From Gnetum montanum (taxonomy: Eukaryota; Plantae; Gnetophyta), in contig MNCI01000520.1 in assembly GCA_015680685.1 (NCBI GenBank), forward strand, positions 960,176-1,024,175: a stretch of DNA of 64,000 nt, given 5' to 3'. The notes below the pieces were generated by a model. That model saw nothing but the letters and a program-made list of their open reading frames with translations, was not told the DNA's origin and made no database searches. A program made the translations under genes and the position numbers. Shown here piece by piece: positions 25,901 through 36,835 of this stretch (position 1 is the first letter of the stretch; every line of letters starts with the position of its first letter).

Positions 25901-26756
25901 CTGAGGGCGAACACAGTGAGACATCTGCAATGGTTGTAGAATAGACGAAGAAGCGAACGGGGTCCACCACATGGATGGCTAGGGGCCTGCCACTGTAGGT
26001 GGAATAGATGCTAGCGTAGGAATTGACATGGAAGTTATGTGTGGTTGCAAAGTAGGTACAATGTGAACATGCAGTAGGGTAGCTATGATAGGCATGTTAC
26101 ATACTATAGGAATGTGTTGATAAACAATTTGCGGGGGCATAGTTGCTGCGAATGCCATAGGGGAATAAGGGCGATGATACGCCTAGAATGTGGCATGAAT
26201 ACCCATTGCAGTTTTGGTTGTAGGTTGCTGAAGCATAGGCGTGATGGAAAAGGAAGTGGTGATAGACAGCGGGTTGGCCTAGAAGGACTGGGTAGGCAAG
26301 ACAGGAACAGGGTTGGCTTGACCTCCCTTAGTAGATTGGGAATCGAGTTCCTCCTATCTATCTTGAAAGGTGTCTTCCTAGTTTGACGCAGTTTCCTATT
26401 CCTCCCTAAGCCTAGCCAACTAGATTAATTGGTCTAGCACCCTTTGATACCTATGTTAAAGGAAAAGAAACACCGAGGGTAGGAACGAACTCCTTCCCAT
26501 TGCAATAAGCAAGCTTAAAGCTATGTGTTTCTTTGAGTTCATGTAAATCCAAGGGCATATTAGCTTGCACCTTTACACAAAGGAAACTGTAACACTCGTG
26601 TTGCTGGGCTAATCCCTCAGGTCCCCAGTTTTGGATTTTGAGAGATCAACATGCTTCCAGTATTGGGTTTAGTGGCTGTTTGGCACCAATGGTGTCTTGA
26701 ACCATGAAGGGCACCTCCGCATTGAAGGCATCAATAGCGGTGGTGGTGGAAGCCAT
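22950..26756 (-). pseudogene. gag: gag and aspartic protease of element A
   Basis: Start MASTTTAIDAF; Retrotrans_gag KYDGKGDPNAHL...ALDWYHALP; Tat-type knuckle FCDYHQLCGHTTDYC; protease RVHIDDGA...FNLILGRSWL. Confidence 0.9.
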
Positions 26757-26789
26757 TGCTAAGCAAGTAATTATGCAAAATAGCAAAAT

Positions 26790-27720
26790 AAGTGCAAAAA
26801 GAACAAATGGACTGAAAAAGCAACAAAAGGCGGCTTTACATCTTTCCGGATTCCAAAGGAACCGTCGAGGTGACCAATATGTACTACATAAAGAGTAAAC
26901 AACCACAAAAGGGTGTCATGTTTATGCTAGTGCATGATGAGGTAAAAAGCACATGCAAGACTACCGTAAGGCAAGTTTAGTTAATCGGCAATCAAGAAGG
27001 CTTTATGTCTCATAGGATCCTGGAGGGACTGTCAAGGCAATCGACCTGAACCACATAAGGCACAAATAATCACAGAAGGGTGTCACATTTATGCCTATGC
27101 GAGCTAGGGTGCAGAGCACATGCAAGACTACTGTAATAAGGGAAGGTAAGTTAACTGGTCATTGGAAGGCTTTATGTCCCGCAGGATCCTGGAGGGACCG
27201 TCGAGGCAACCGATCTACACTGTACGATGCCTAAACAACCACAGATGGTGTCAAGTCTACGCTAATGCGTATCGGTGTGTAGAAGGCTTGAAATATTACC
27301 ATAAGATGAGAAAGCTAACAAGAGGTCTTTGCATCTTGCAGGATCCCTGAGGGACCATCGAAGTGACCGATCTATACCACTCAAGATGGGGTACAAAACG
27401 CATGCAAGACAACCGTAAGATGGCTGAGCTAACTAGCGATCAAGAAGGCTTTGCGTCTCACAGGATCCCCGAGGGACCGTCGAAGCGACTAATCTGTACC
27501 ACATGTGATGAGGTACAATATGCATGCAAGAGAACCATAAAATGAGCTAGTTAACTAGTGATTGGAGGCCTTGTGTTCTATAGGGCTCCTGAGGAACTGT
27601 TAAGGCGACCAACCTACACCGCACAAAGTGTAAACAATAACAAGAGGGTGTCACATTTACACTTATGTGTATCAGGGTGTAGAAGGCTCACAGAACTACT
27701 GTGACATGTGGAAAATGCAC
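26790..27720 (-). repeat. 5'-UTR tandem array (units about 115-150 bp, about 7 copies) of element A
   Basis: Recurring GCATGCAAGACTACC...AGGATCC...AGGGACCGTCGAGGC...GATCT blocks; the homologous array in B is at 40400-41030. Confidence 0.85.
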
Positions 27721-27726
27721 CAAAAG

Positions 27727-27744
27727 GCCCACCTTCTAGCACCA
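27727..27744 (-). promoter_or_regulatory. Primer-binding site, tRNA-Asn type
   Basis: TGGTGCTAGAAGGTGGGC, a 16/18 match to the complement of the plant tRNA-Asn 3' end (recalled as GCCCTCCTTCTAGCGCCA), 6 nt from the LTR. Confidence 0.8.
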
Positions 27745-27750
27745 GAAAAT

Positions 27751-29465
27751 TGTAGTGACGGAAAACATCGACGGCTGAAAAACACCGGGGGCTCAACAAG
27801 CACAATAGTTTCGACCCTGTACCCATGGGAGGGCCGTGCTGGGTGTGTGCAGACACGGGGCACCCTGAACGGTCTGGTCGATTAGACAGGGACTTACATC
27901 GACATCTATATAGCCTTTTGCTATATATTTTTGAGACGGAATGGAAATGCAAAATAATACTTGAAAGTAAATAAAGTAGAAAAATGCGACAACAATGCGA
28001 AGTAATGTTTGAAAGTGAATAAAATAGAAAAAATAATGCAAACAAGACAACAAGCAAGAAATAAAGTAAATTTTAGTTCAAAACATGCACCACTCCGAAC
28101 CTACAAGTTTCCTCTATCAAGGAGGATACAGTCGGTTGCACAGCATGATGGAGTGCAAAGATCTCGAGAGTAACCAGGACGTGTCAAGAAAAGTAGGTGG
28201 TGCACTTTGGCATGGACTTAGATGTTGACAGTGTAGGGATTCTACCAAGGTGGTAGAAAAGGGGGGGATAGAAAAAAATGCCAACTAAATGTGTTAACTA
28301 TTTGCAGTGTCAAACAGGAAGCTTACAATGCTTGATGTTAAAATCTGTTAAGGAGCTAGCTCGAATCTCTCAATGCTATCTTTAGAAAACCTTTAGAACT
28401 TTTTGAATGCTACTTGCTCAAAAAGATTATGGGCTTCTTTTTTAAAAGATTTTCCTACTGGGTTTTTGAATGTTGCTTGTCAGGTATTTATAGGATCGAG
28501 GGTATGCAAAAGGGATGGTTTGGATGCCATGAGCCTTGGGCCTTCGTTGACTTGCTCACATCACTCGTGCCATGTATGACCGTTGGACCTACAAGACCAT
28601 TGTAATGTGAACCTATCATGCAATAACTGTGAGCCTGCCACGTCATAATTGCACCATCAACGTCTGCAGATGTCTGCCAATGGTCCGATTAGGTGAAGTG
28701 CATTGATGTCTCACAACCACCTACATGCCTCACTGTGCTTTGTAGCGTAGCATGCTTGGCATAGCGTAGCACCTTGTTGCACATTCTGCTATATGTTGCA
28801 TGTTTGCTACACTATGCTACGCTACGTAGCGTAGCGTAGCGTAGCAATTGGCCTTAGTCACGAAAGTTTTGCCGATTTGCAAACTTTGTCTCCTACGATG
28901 CAAGTCTTGGAAAATCTGCTGATTCTGCCCTTCAAGCTACTTTCTGTCTCTTCTGCAAGATTGCTACGCCTTGCTGCACCATGTATCTCAGCATAGCGTA
29001 GCAGCAAACATGGTTCACCGCTTCCTGACGGAAAGGGACATCGTTGTAGAACTTGAAATTGGGTGAGGGGAATGGCAGTGAAGCTGTTTCCATGCTACAC
29101 TACATGGCGTAGCATAGCATAGCACTTCATTCTATCATTATCTTCTGAAGCTTGCTACACTACATAGCGAGGCGTAGCATAGCGTAGTAGACTTCATAAC
29201 TTAGAAAACTTGCCGAACTATTTTTTGCACATCCAGAATGCTACTGCCAACTCCATGCGCCATTTCTTAGAAGGCTGTTAGTTGGGCAGGCTACTTCGGT
29301 GGACAAGTAGGATGACATAGAGCCTATCCACGTCCAAAGTAGAAAATTTGCCAAACTGGCCGGCTTGCACCTAGAACGTTCTCTTCCTGAAGAACTGCCA
29401 TGGTGCTGCATGAGTTGCAAGGCTTGGTGAAGCGAGAATGACCTCACATTTTTTAGGGTGTTTTA
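27751..29465 (-). repeat. 5' LTR of element A (1715 bp)
   Basis: Direct repeat of 11402-13102, adjacent to the PBS; terminal TG has mutated to TA. Confidence 0.95.
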
Positions 29466-30369
29466 GTCTAACTTCAATGCCATGTGAAAAAATTAAAAAT
29501 AATATAATGTTCTTTTGATATGTGTGAATTTTCAAAGTTTTTAAGTTTTAGTATCAATTGTTCCAAGGGGTATGATTTTCTTTGCTATTTTCTGGTTACA
29601 AGTAACTTGGGAGGTCACTTTGTAATCCTTGGGCTTTGTTAAGGTTTATTAAACCATCCCTATAGCATCTTCCACATGATACACATCACTCCTACTTTTC
29701 CACCATGGTCCTCCATTCCCCCACCCCCTCCCCTCCTCCCCCATCCTTCCCCCATACATCCTTCCCTCTCCCCCTACCCCTCATCAAATTAAAAAAAATC
29801 AAAATTTTGTACTTTGATTAAGAAGTTTTTTATACCACTATTAGCCTTATGTCTTGAATGTCATAGAGCTTCAGACTTGAAACCCTTGTGTTCTCAAAGA
29901 TCTTTGATGTTTAGGAAATCATATGATTTCTTGGCTTTTAACATTACATCTTTCACATCATTTTTTAACTCTATGATATCATTTCTTATTTGATGGAGCA
30001 TTAGATATTTCCTACATATCTCGTATGCAAATAATGAAAGTACTAGTGATGTTAGGAGAAAGAGCAATTGCTATGGTGATGCTTGAGAAAGTCTAGATAG
30101 AACAATTAATATGTTTATGTTATGGTGGTTCTTGAGGAAGGTCTAGGTGTAAATGCTAGACCTTTGTTTGGAAATCACATTGGAATTGCTCTAAGAATCT
30201 TTCTTGTTATTATTTGATATTATGAATTTAAGTATGCTAGTATTGGATGTAACTTGAGATATTAGTTCTTGACATAACTCTAATGATTAAGTTATGATAA
30301 AAATATTTTTAAGGATTAAGTAAAAATTTTCTCATGTCATGTTTTTTTAAGGGGATGATTTCAAAACCT

Positions 30370-30383
30370 AAAATAATGAGATG
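30370..30383 (+). repeat. Left target-site duplication of the GC-rich LINE
   Basis: AAAATAATGAGATG is repeated exactly at 36712-36725. Confidence 0.9.
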
Positions 30384-30649
30384 TTTTTTTTTTCTTTTTT
30401 TTTCTAAGAGAATGTTCAGGTTTGTATTACAAAAAAGTTATGGTACATGAGTATACAATTACAAAAGAAGGGGGGACATCAGGGATGGCCCACGCGGGGG
30501 CCCCGAATACCCACAAAAATTCAAAACTCGGGGGACATCGAGCTTAACCACCGAACCACAAAAACCTCATAAACCTCAAAAACCCCAACAAGGGGGGGGG
30601 GTGCACCCCCAACCCCAAGAAACAGGCAGAAGAGACAAAACCAAGAAAG

Positions 30650-32018
30650 GGGGGCAGCGATAGGGGGGTGCGAGGGGCGAGTCGGCAAGTGGCGACAGGT
30701 ACACCGAGGCCATTCCAGCTCATGAAGCAGGTCCAGGATGGCACGATGCTCCTCAGTGTCCATGAAGTTCACGGCTTGTTGGAAGCCCTGCATAAGAGCC
30801 TCTCTCCTGCTTTGGTCGTCCGAAGAGTCCCCCGCATCAAGGTGAAATCTTGCAGACGTGCGTCTGATGTGAAGTCTAAGCTCCCCCCAAGAGCTCTCAC
30901 AGCTAATGCTCAAAATGCTATATGGGCAGTGCCCCCCTTGAGCCACTGGCAGGCACTGTGTTGATGTGTCCGATCGAGTTGCCGTTGCCGTTGCTCTTCC
31001 TCCTCCTGCAGGCGCTCCTGCTCCTCCTGGGCCTCTGCCTCCTGGGCCTGATGAGCCACCTCCTCCTGACGCAGCTCCTCCCTGATCCTGTCCCAGAGCT
31101 CATTAGTGAGCCGGGCCTACAAGGTCTCCATCATGAGCGTGTGTTGCCGATTCCCGAAGCTGGGCTTCGTGGTCGACGCGCCACTGGGCCAGGCTCTCAG
31201 TCCACTTAACCTCCGATGTCTGTCGCTCGGCCTCCCGAGCAGCAAAAGCCACCTGTTGTAGTTTCACCTCCCAATTTGGGGGGGCGCTGGGGGGTCAGGC
31301 GAGGGGATGGGATTTCGACGGGAGCAGCATCCCCATGTGAGATTCAAAGTGGTCTGCCGTCGTTGAGTGGCTGGGGTGGGGGAAGTGGGAGAAGTCAGGG
31401 GGCGGGGGGCATCAGCGAGGCAACCCCCAGGGGGGGCAGAGGACAGGCCCAAAGCCCCCTGCCCCCCTGTCCCCCACCAGAAAGCTAAAATTAACCCCAA
31501 GTGGCGATTGCGTCGTTTAGGGCAAAGGGCCTCAAGGAAGAACCGCGGTAGGTTAACCTGGGTACCATCCTTCAAGCACCTCAGGAAAGTGAAATGCAAC
31601 CCCTGGATCTTGGACACGTTGCTCTACTGGACGAAAAAGTGTTCCACCAAGGTGGCGGTGTGAGCCTAGAGGCGCGGGAGAGAAGTCCGAGGGACCTGGC
31701 GGCTCTGTGTTCTTAGGGTTAGCCCCTCGAAGAAGGTCGTAGAGTTATGGAGGCGCGGGAGGTCAGAAGGATGACCTCACTAGTGGCCGGAACCCCCAAA
31801 TAGCTGGCTAGGGCGGCTTCCGTGAGACGAATTTCACGTCCTGGAAAGTAGGTCTGATCCCTGTGCCAGTTAGTAAAGAACGTGTTGTCAGGAAGGTCAA
31901 GGTCCCTGACCAGCCTCTGCAGCAGGGCGGCCCAACCGCATTGGTATACCATCCGCCAAAGCTCCTCGTCATCCTGGTAGACGGCGCAGTCAGGTTCGTA
32001 TGTCGGCGTCTATCCCAT
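30650..32018 (-). pseudogene. LINE extra ORF (ORF3 or C-terminal extension of ORF2): plant-transposon-protein-like domain, Pro-rich linker, coiled coil
   Basis: ELWRMVYQCGWAALLQ...NTFFTNW...FPGREIRLTEAALASYLGVPAT...SNVSKIQGLHFTFLRCLKDGTQVNLPRFFLEAL...HLGLILAFW, then ELWDRIREELRQEEVAHQAQEAEAQEEQERLQEEEEQRQRQL. A few stops and frameshifts; the 3' end is approximate. Confidence 0.65.
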
Positions 32019-35000
32019 GGTGTTCGCAAGCTCGCGCCACGCTCTACAGGTCCGCTGGATAAGTCACTGGGATGGGTTGCCGCCTGTGCAAAGACCATGC
32101 AATTCCACGCCTTCCAGGCATGCCATAATAGCAGCGTCGACCAGGAATCCCCATTAAATCGTCACCGAGGGGGGGGGGCATTCTGCATGCGCGCCAAGTG
32201 ACGATCATGCAAGGGTAGTCATAAATGAAGTGGGTGAGCATTTTAGAGCTAATGCCGCAGTGCAGACACGTGGTGTCATGCGTGATGTTGTGCTACTGTA
32301 GTACGACATGCATGGGGAGTGTAGCAGATTTGACCAGCCAGAGAAAGATTTTGACTTTCTCGGGGAGCCGCCTGTGCCAGATCTCCTGCTAGCCATCTTC
32401 CGGGGGATATTTATGGGTCAATATGTCACGCGGCTCGAGGTGGATCTAGCCCATGCTCAGCATCCTCCACATGTGCCGACAAATGGTCTGCTAAGGCCTA
32501 GAATCATGCGGGCCAGGAAGCCAAAGCGTGTACTTCCAGTGGGTGATGCGGGCCCATTGGCTACACTCCCCCCGAGCACGAGTGAGCTGGTGGACCAACC
32601 ATTGCTGTCCCATCATGCACTCATCTTCAAAAGTCGTGACCCCTAGCCCCCCCTGCCTTACGAGGATGGGCCACACAGTGCTAGTTGACAAGATGGAGTT
32701 TTCTCCCCCCTTTGCCCCCCCGCCAAATGAAGCAACGGATCATGGCGTTGATCTGGTTGATGATGGCCGTGGGGGGTGCGGTGACCACTGCCACAAAGCG
32801 CATAGTGGCCACAAGGATCCCGGTAGCTACGAGGAGGCGGCCCTTACGTGTAAGAAAATGGTTTGCCCAGTGGTTGATGTGTTTCTTGAGCTTGGCCAGG
32901 AGGGGAGTCCAAGTATTGTTCCGTCCCCATTGGAACAACGGGATACCAAGGTAGGTATCGGTGAGCTTCCCGGTTTGAACATTCAGGATTTGTGTAACCC
33001 AGTGCTGCACCTGCGGGTCCACATTGATGAAGTACGCCGTCAACTTTGTGCGGTTGATTTCCAATCCTAATTCGGTGGCCAATTTGATCAGAGCCAGATT
33101 GATACACCGAGCCTGCGGGACCGTCGCCAGGCTGAGAAGCATGGTATCATCAACGTAGTGTTTAACACGGCAATTCACCCCCGCAATGTCCAGGTCCTCC
33201 ACCCCCGAGGTACTACAGTAAGATTGCATGAGGTCCATGGAAATGATGAAAAGCAAGGGGGACAGGGGGTCGCCTTGCCTCAGACCTCTACTAGGGGAGG
33301 AAAAGCCCCACAATCACCCCCCCCCCCATGTCAAAAGAGAACCCAGCGGAGGACTGGATATGCAGACATAATTGGATAAACCCAGGGTTAAAGCCTTTCC
33401 TATTCATGATGTCATGCAAGGCGTCCCAGCTAAGCATGCCATATGCCTTCGCTATGTCTAGCTTGAGACACAGACCAGGAAACCTCGTAGTACGGAGGGA
33501 ATGAAGGACCTCTTGCATAAGAAGAACCTGATCCTGAAGAGTCCTCCCCTGGACGAAGCCCACCTGATTGCGTCCAACCAACCTAGGTAAGAGGGGTCCC
33601 AACCGATTGACTAGGAGTTTGGAGAAGACGCGAATGAGAACATTGCACACACCAATGGGGCGAAAGTGCTCTGGGCGGTGTGCATTCAACTATTTTGGGA
33701 TGCAGATGATGCGCAAGCAGTTGAGTTCACGCCGTACTTGTCATCTAGCCAACATGACGTTGAAAGCATCCAGAAGATTGGGTCCCACAATATCCAACAA
33801 AGCTATGAAGAACTCCAGTGACCAACCATCTGGTCCAGGTGCTTTACCTCCTGGCATGTTGTTGATGGTGTTGGTCAACTCTATCCCAGAGAAGGGGGCC
33901 AGAAGATGTTGATTGTCCGTAGCAGTGAGCACCTTTGCCATAGGGACGGAGATGGGCTGGGTGGTGTGCTTGGTCCAAATGCGCCCCCAGTATCGTGAGA
34001 GCTCATTAGTGATCCCCTGCAAGCCATCAACCACCATCCTAGCCTGAGTATGGATGCTACGGATGTGGGTTTTGCCACACATCTTAGCCATGGCGAAGAA
34101 GAATTTCGTATGTCGATCCCCCTCGCAGAGCCATCTAATCTGGGATCTCTGCCACCAATAGGTCTCCTCCTCGTGGTCTAGACTCTGGAGTTGATGGAGG
34201 AGGTGCATCTCCTCCGTGTGCAGGTCCTCCCCAGTCTCTTGTTGCGCCTAGATGTCTCCTAGCCACTCCCGAACCATCTTGTGGCCAGCCCAAAATGAAA
34301 ACTTCTCCCCCACCAGGAGGGCTCGGATGGCCCACTTGAGCCTAAAGAGAGCTTCTTTGAGGAAGGTCCGAGGGTCCATCTGACCCGGCTAGTAATCGGC
34401 CCAGATGTCCTCCACCAAGGAACGAAGCCACGGCTTGGCAAGCCAAGTGGGCTCGAACCGAAAAGGGCGTGGGGACCGGGGTGGAGGCAGGCCAATGGAC
34501 ACAACCAGCGAATGGTGGTCAGAAGCAGCCCGCTCCTGCCCGCTCACGTTGATGGTGGTGCCGAGGAGGAGAGCAGAACTAACACAAACGCAATCAATGC
34601 AGGTGAGGACACGGTGCACCCCTTTCCTCCAGTTGCTCCAAGTGAAGCGGTAGTTTGCAATGGATAGATCAACAAGAGATGAGCACTCAAGGAACTCCAT
34701 GAAATCAGGCATGCCCGGGGGGAGGGGGGGGCAGCCCCCCAGATTTCTCACAGGGGTACAAACGTTGGTTGAAGTCATCGACAACCACCTAGGAGCCATG
34801 ATTAGGCACCAGCAAGGCCACCCGATTCAACTCCTAAAGCCGTGATTCCCAAGCTTGTGCCCCATAGAAGTTGGTCAGCCAAAAACCATGGGCGGGGATG
34901 TGAACTATGATGGTCCATGGGGAGGCGTCCACAAGAGTGGTGGCGGGGCGTGTAAGAATGGCCAGGCCTCCGGCCCGGCGCTGGCTGGGTTGTAGGTATG

Positions 35001-35160
35001 TGGTCTAGTCCGTCCACCGGAGGTGGCCGAATTCTGTAGCCTGCAGCTTGGTTTCTTGTAGGCAAACCACATCACAATTCTCCTCTCTGACAATATGGCG
35101 CAGGGTATTTCGTTTATAGGGGGCACCCTGCCCCCTGTAATTCCAATTGAAAATCTTCAT
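32010..35160 (-). pseudogene. LINE ORF2 (AP endonuclease, RT, zf-RVT)
   Basis: MKIFNWNYRG, VCLQETK, ASDHHSL, FRFEPTW, GDRHTKFF, KAPGPDG, FRPIGVCNV, KLDIAKAY, LRQGDPLSPLLF, HYVDD, YLGIPL, GGLGV, CLHCGISS..LTHF, LWHAWKAWNCMVF. Confidence 0.95.
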
Positions 35161-36672
35161 GCACAACCAGAGGTGTGGCACTGGTAGACCTCCCGTAAGG
35201 TCTGCTGTTGCCCAAGTCGATGTGTCGTTGGGTTTGTCGACTTCTGGATCGGGACTTGGTCGGGCGGCCCGGGCGTCCCTCCCCCTTGCAGACCACAAGG
35301 GTGCAGCCAGTTTCCTCAGCTGGGGACTGCGGTGCCTTGCACTATCTGGTCTAGGTGCTCCTTCGGATGACGTTGACCCATTCCCCCAACGGGGGAAGCA
35401 CTGGTTCCGGTTCATGTGGTTGTGGTTGGTGGGTGGGGGCTGGTGAGCAGGAGCAGTGGGGTGTCTTAATGGGGGATCTGTGGGTGGTAGTGGGAGAGAG
35501 GGAATGTGGGGGGGGGGCAGTGGGAAGGTGGGAGCGACGGGTGGTGATGGGGGAGAGGGAGCGAGGGGGGCACGGGGGTGACGAGGGGGGGGAGGGGGGG
35601 CGTGGGTGTGTGTGAGGGGGCGTGGGTGGGGTGGGTGGATGGGCAAGGGGCGTAGTCATCCCTTATGGCCCATAGTGACCCAGTTGCCCTCCTCAAAAAG
35701 TTGGCGAGCTGGGTTATTTGATCGGGCCCTGCGAAACCGATAGTCTACCTCATGATGGCCCAGCTTACCACAGCATCCGCATTTGGCTGGCTGGTCCGTT
35801 CGGGGGGCCTTGTCGTGTAGCAACTGGTCCCAAGTATCCATGTTTTCATAGGTAATTTGGAGGGATTCCTCCCCCCCTGGGAGTTCCAAGAAGACCTCTC
35901 GGACAAGGTCGGTCGTCGTCAGGTTTCACCAGACACAGAAACGGGCAAAGCCCATCCGGTCCAGGGACCGCGTGACCCTATCGAAGGTGATGAAATCGCC
36001 GAAGTGCCCCACCATCTCTTGCAAGAACTCAAGACTCCATAACTCCCACGGGATACTGGCCACCCGGATCCAAATCGGGGTGCGGGTAAACAGATCAGGT
36101 TCTCTGTGAGCGGCGGGGTGCTTGGGGGTCAATGCGAGACCACAGGCCCCATAGAACCAAGGCCTGCCAAGAAGGATGGAGTCGCAGGCCTGGAAGGAGG
36201 GGAGGACAAAGAGGAGCAGGTCCTTTGAAAGGCTCCGAACTGTAACCTCCTCAAGTTTCCACTACTCCTTGACCCAGCGGCGTATCAAGTCAAGCCAGGG
36301 ACGGCTCCCCTGGGAGATGAAACGGCCAATGAGGCTCCGTTCCATGGTACGAACGCCTTCGATAGGGGGTTGGCAGATGCGAAGGCGCAAGGTGTTGTTG
36401 GAACGGGAATGAGCCTCAATGGTTCCGCCAGGTGCTGCGGCCGCGATGTCAGCCATCGCAATGTCAACCATAGTCACTGTCGTGGTTGTTGTAGCTGTAG
36501 CCGCTGCCGTAGTAGTCGTGGCCGCCATAGTCACTACCATGGTTGCTACCACTGTAGTCGCGGCCGCCATAGTCGCAGTCGATGCCATGGTTGCTGCCAT
36601 ATTCGCAGCTACCATGGTTGCTGCTGCCGTGGTTGCTGCCGTCGTCGTTGCTGCCGTAGTCGCTGCTGCCAT
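35161..36672 (-). pseudogene. LINE ORF1 (Ala/Thr-rich N-terminus, DUF4283-like region, zinc knuckle, Pro-rich tail)
   Basis: ERSLIGRF, GRPWFY, TPIWIRVASIPWELWSLEFLQEMVGHFG, RMGFARFCV, CGCCGKLGHHEVD. Confidence 0.9.
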
Positions 36673-36711
36673 CAAAGCTCACTATCTCTTCAACCCACAA
36701 AAACTTTAGTC

Positions 36712-36725
36712 AAAATAATGAGATG
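36712..36725 (+). repeat. Right target-site duplication of the GC-rich LINE
   Basis: Identical to 30370-30383. Confidence 0.9.
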
Positions 36726-36835
36726 TTAGCCTAGAGATGACTCTTAATTTAAAAGCTCCAACTAACAAGTTTAATTTTCATGAGCAATGCTAAGTTATAG
36801 AGCTCTAATTATGCTATATATCTTGGGGTGCCTAT

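Larger units (their letters stand above)
11402..29465 (-). mobile_element. Full-length Tat-clade Ty3/Gypsy LTR retrotransposon 'A' (18.1 kb) with aRH and an internal antisense gene
   Basis: LTR pair 11402-13102 and 27751-29465, TSD GTCAA (11397-11401) / GTCTA (29466-29470), PBS, gag-protease, RT-RH-aRH-INT. Confidence 0.95.
30384..36711 (-). mobile_element. GC-rich, comparatively young L1-clade LINE (6.3 kb) with ORF1, ORF2 and an extra 3' ORF
   Basis: Poly-A tail at 30384-30403, 14-16 bp TSD, DUF4283/zinc-knuckle ORF1, and EN-RT-zf ORF2. Confidence 0.95.

Noticed and set aside
26790-27720. Regularly spaced repeats resembling a CRISPR array (also 22680-22870 and 53490-53790)
   Set aside because: Whole units are degenerate copies with no unique spacers, there are no cas genes, and the arrays lie inside a eukaryotic LTR element.
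27727-27744. tRNA genes (also 40316 and 63873)
   Set aside because: Only 18-nt complements of tRNA 3' ends next to LTRs, i.e. primer-binding sites.
36370-36729. Plus-strand Val/Ala-rich and Cys/Arg-rich ORFs (membrane- or metallothionein-like)
   Set aside because: They are shadow frames of the triplet-periodic repeat at the LINE ORF1 start.
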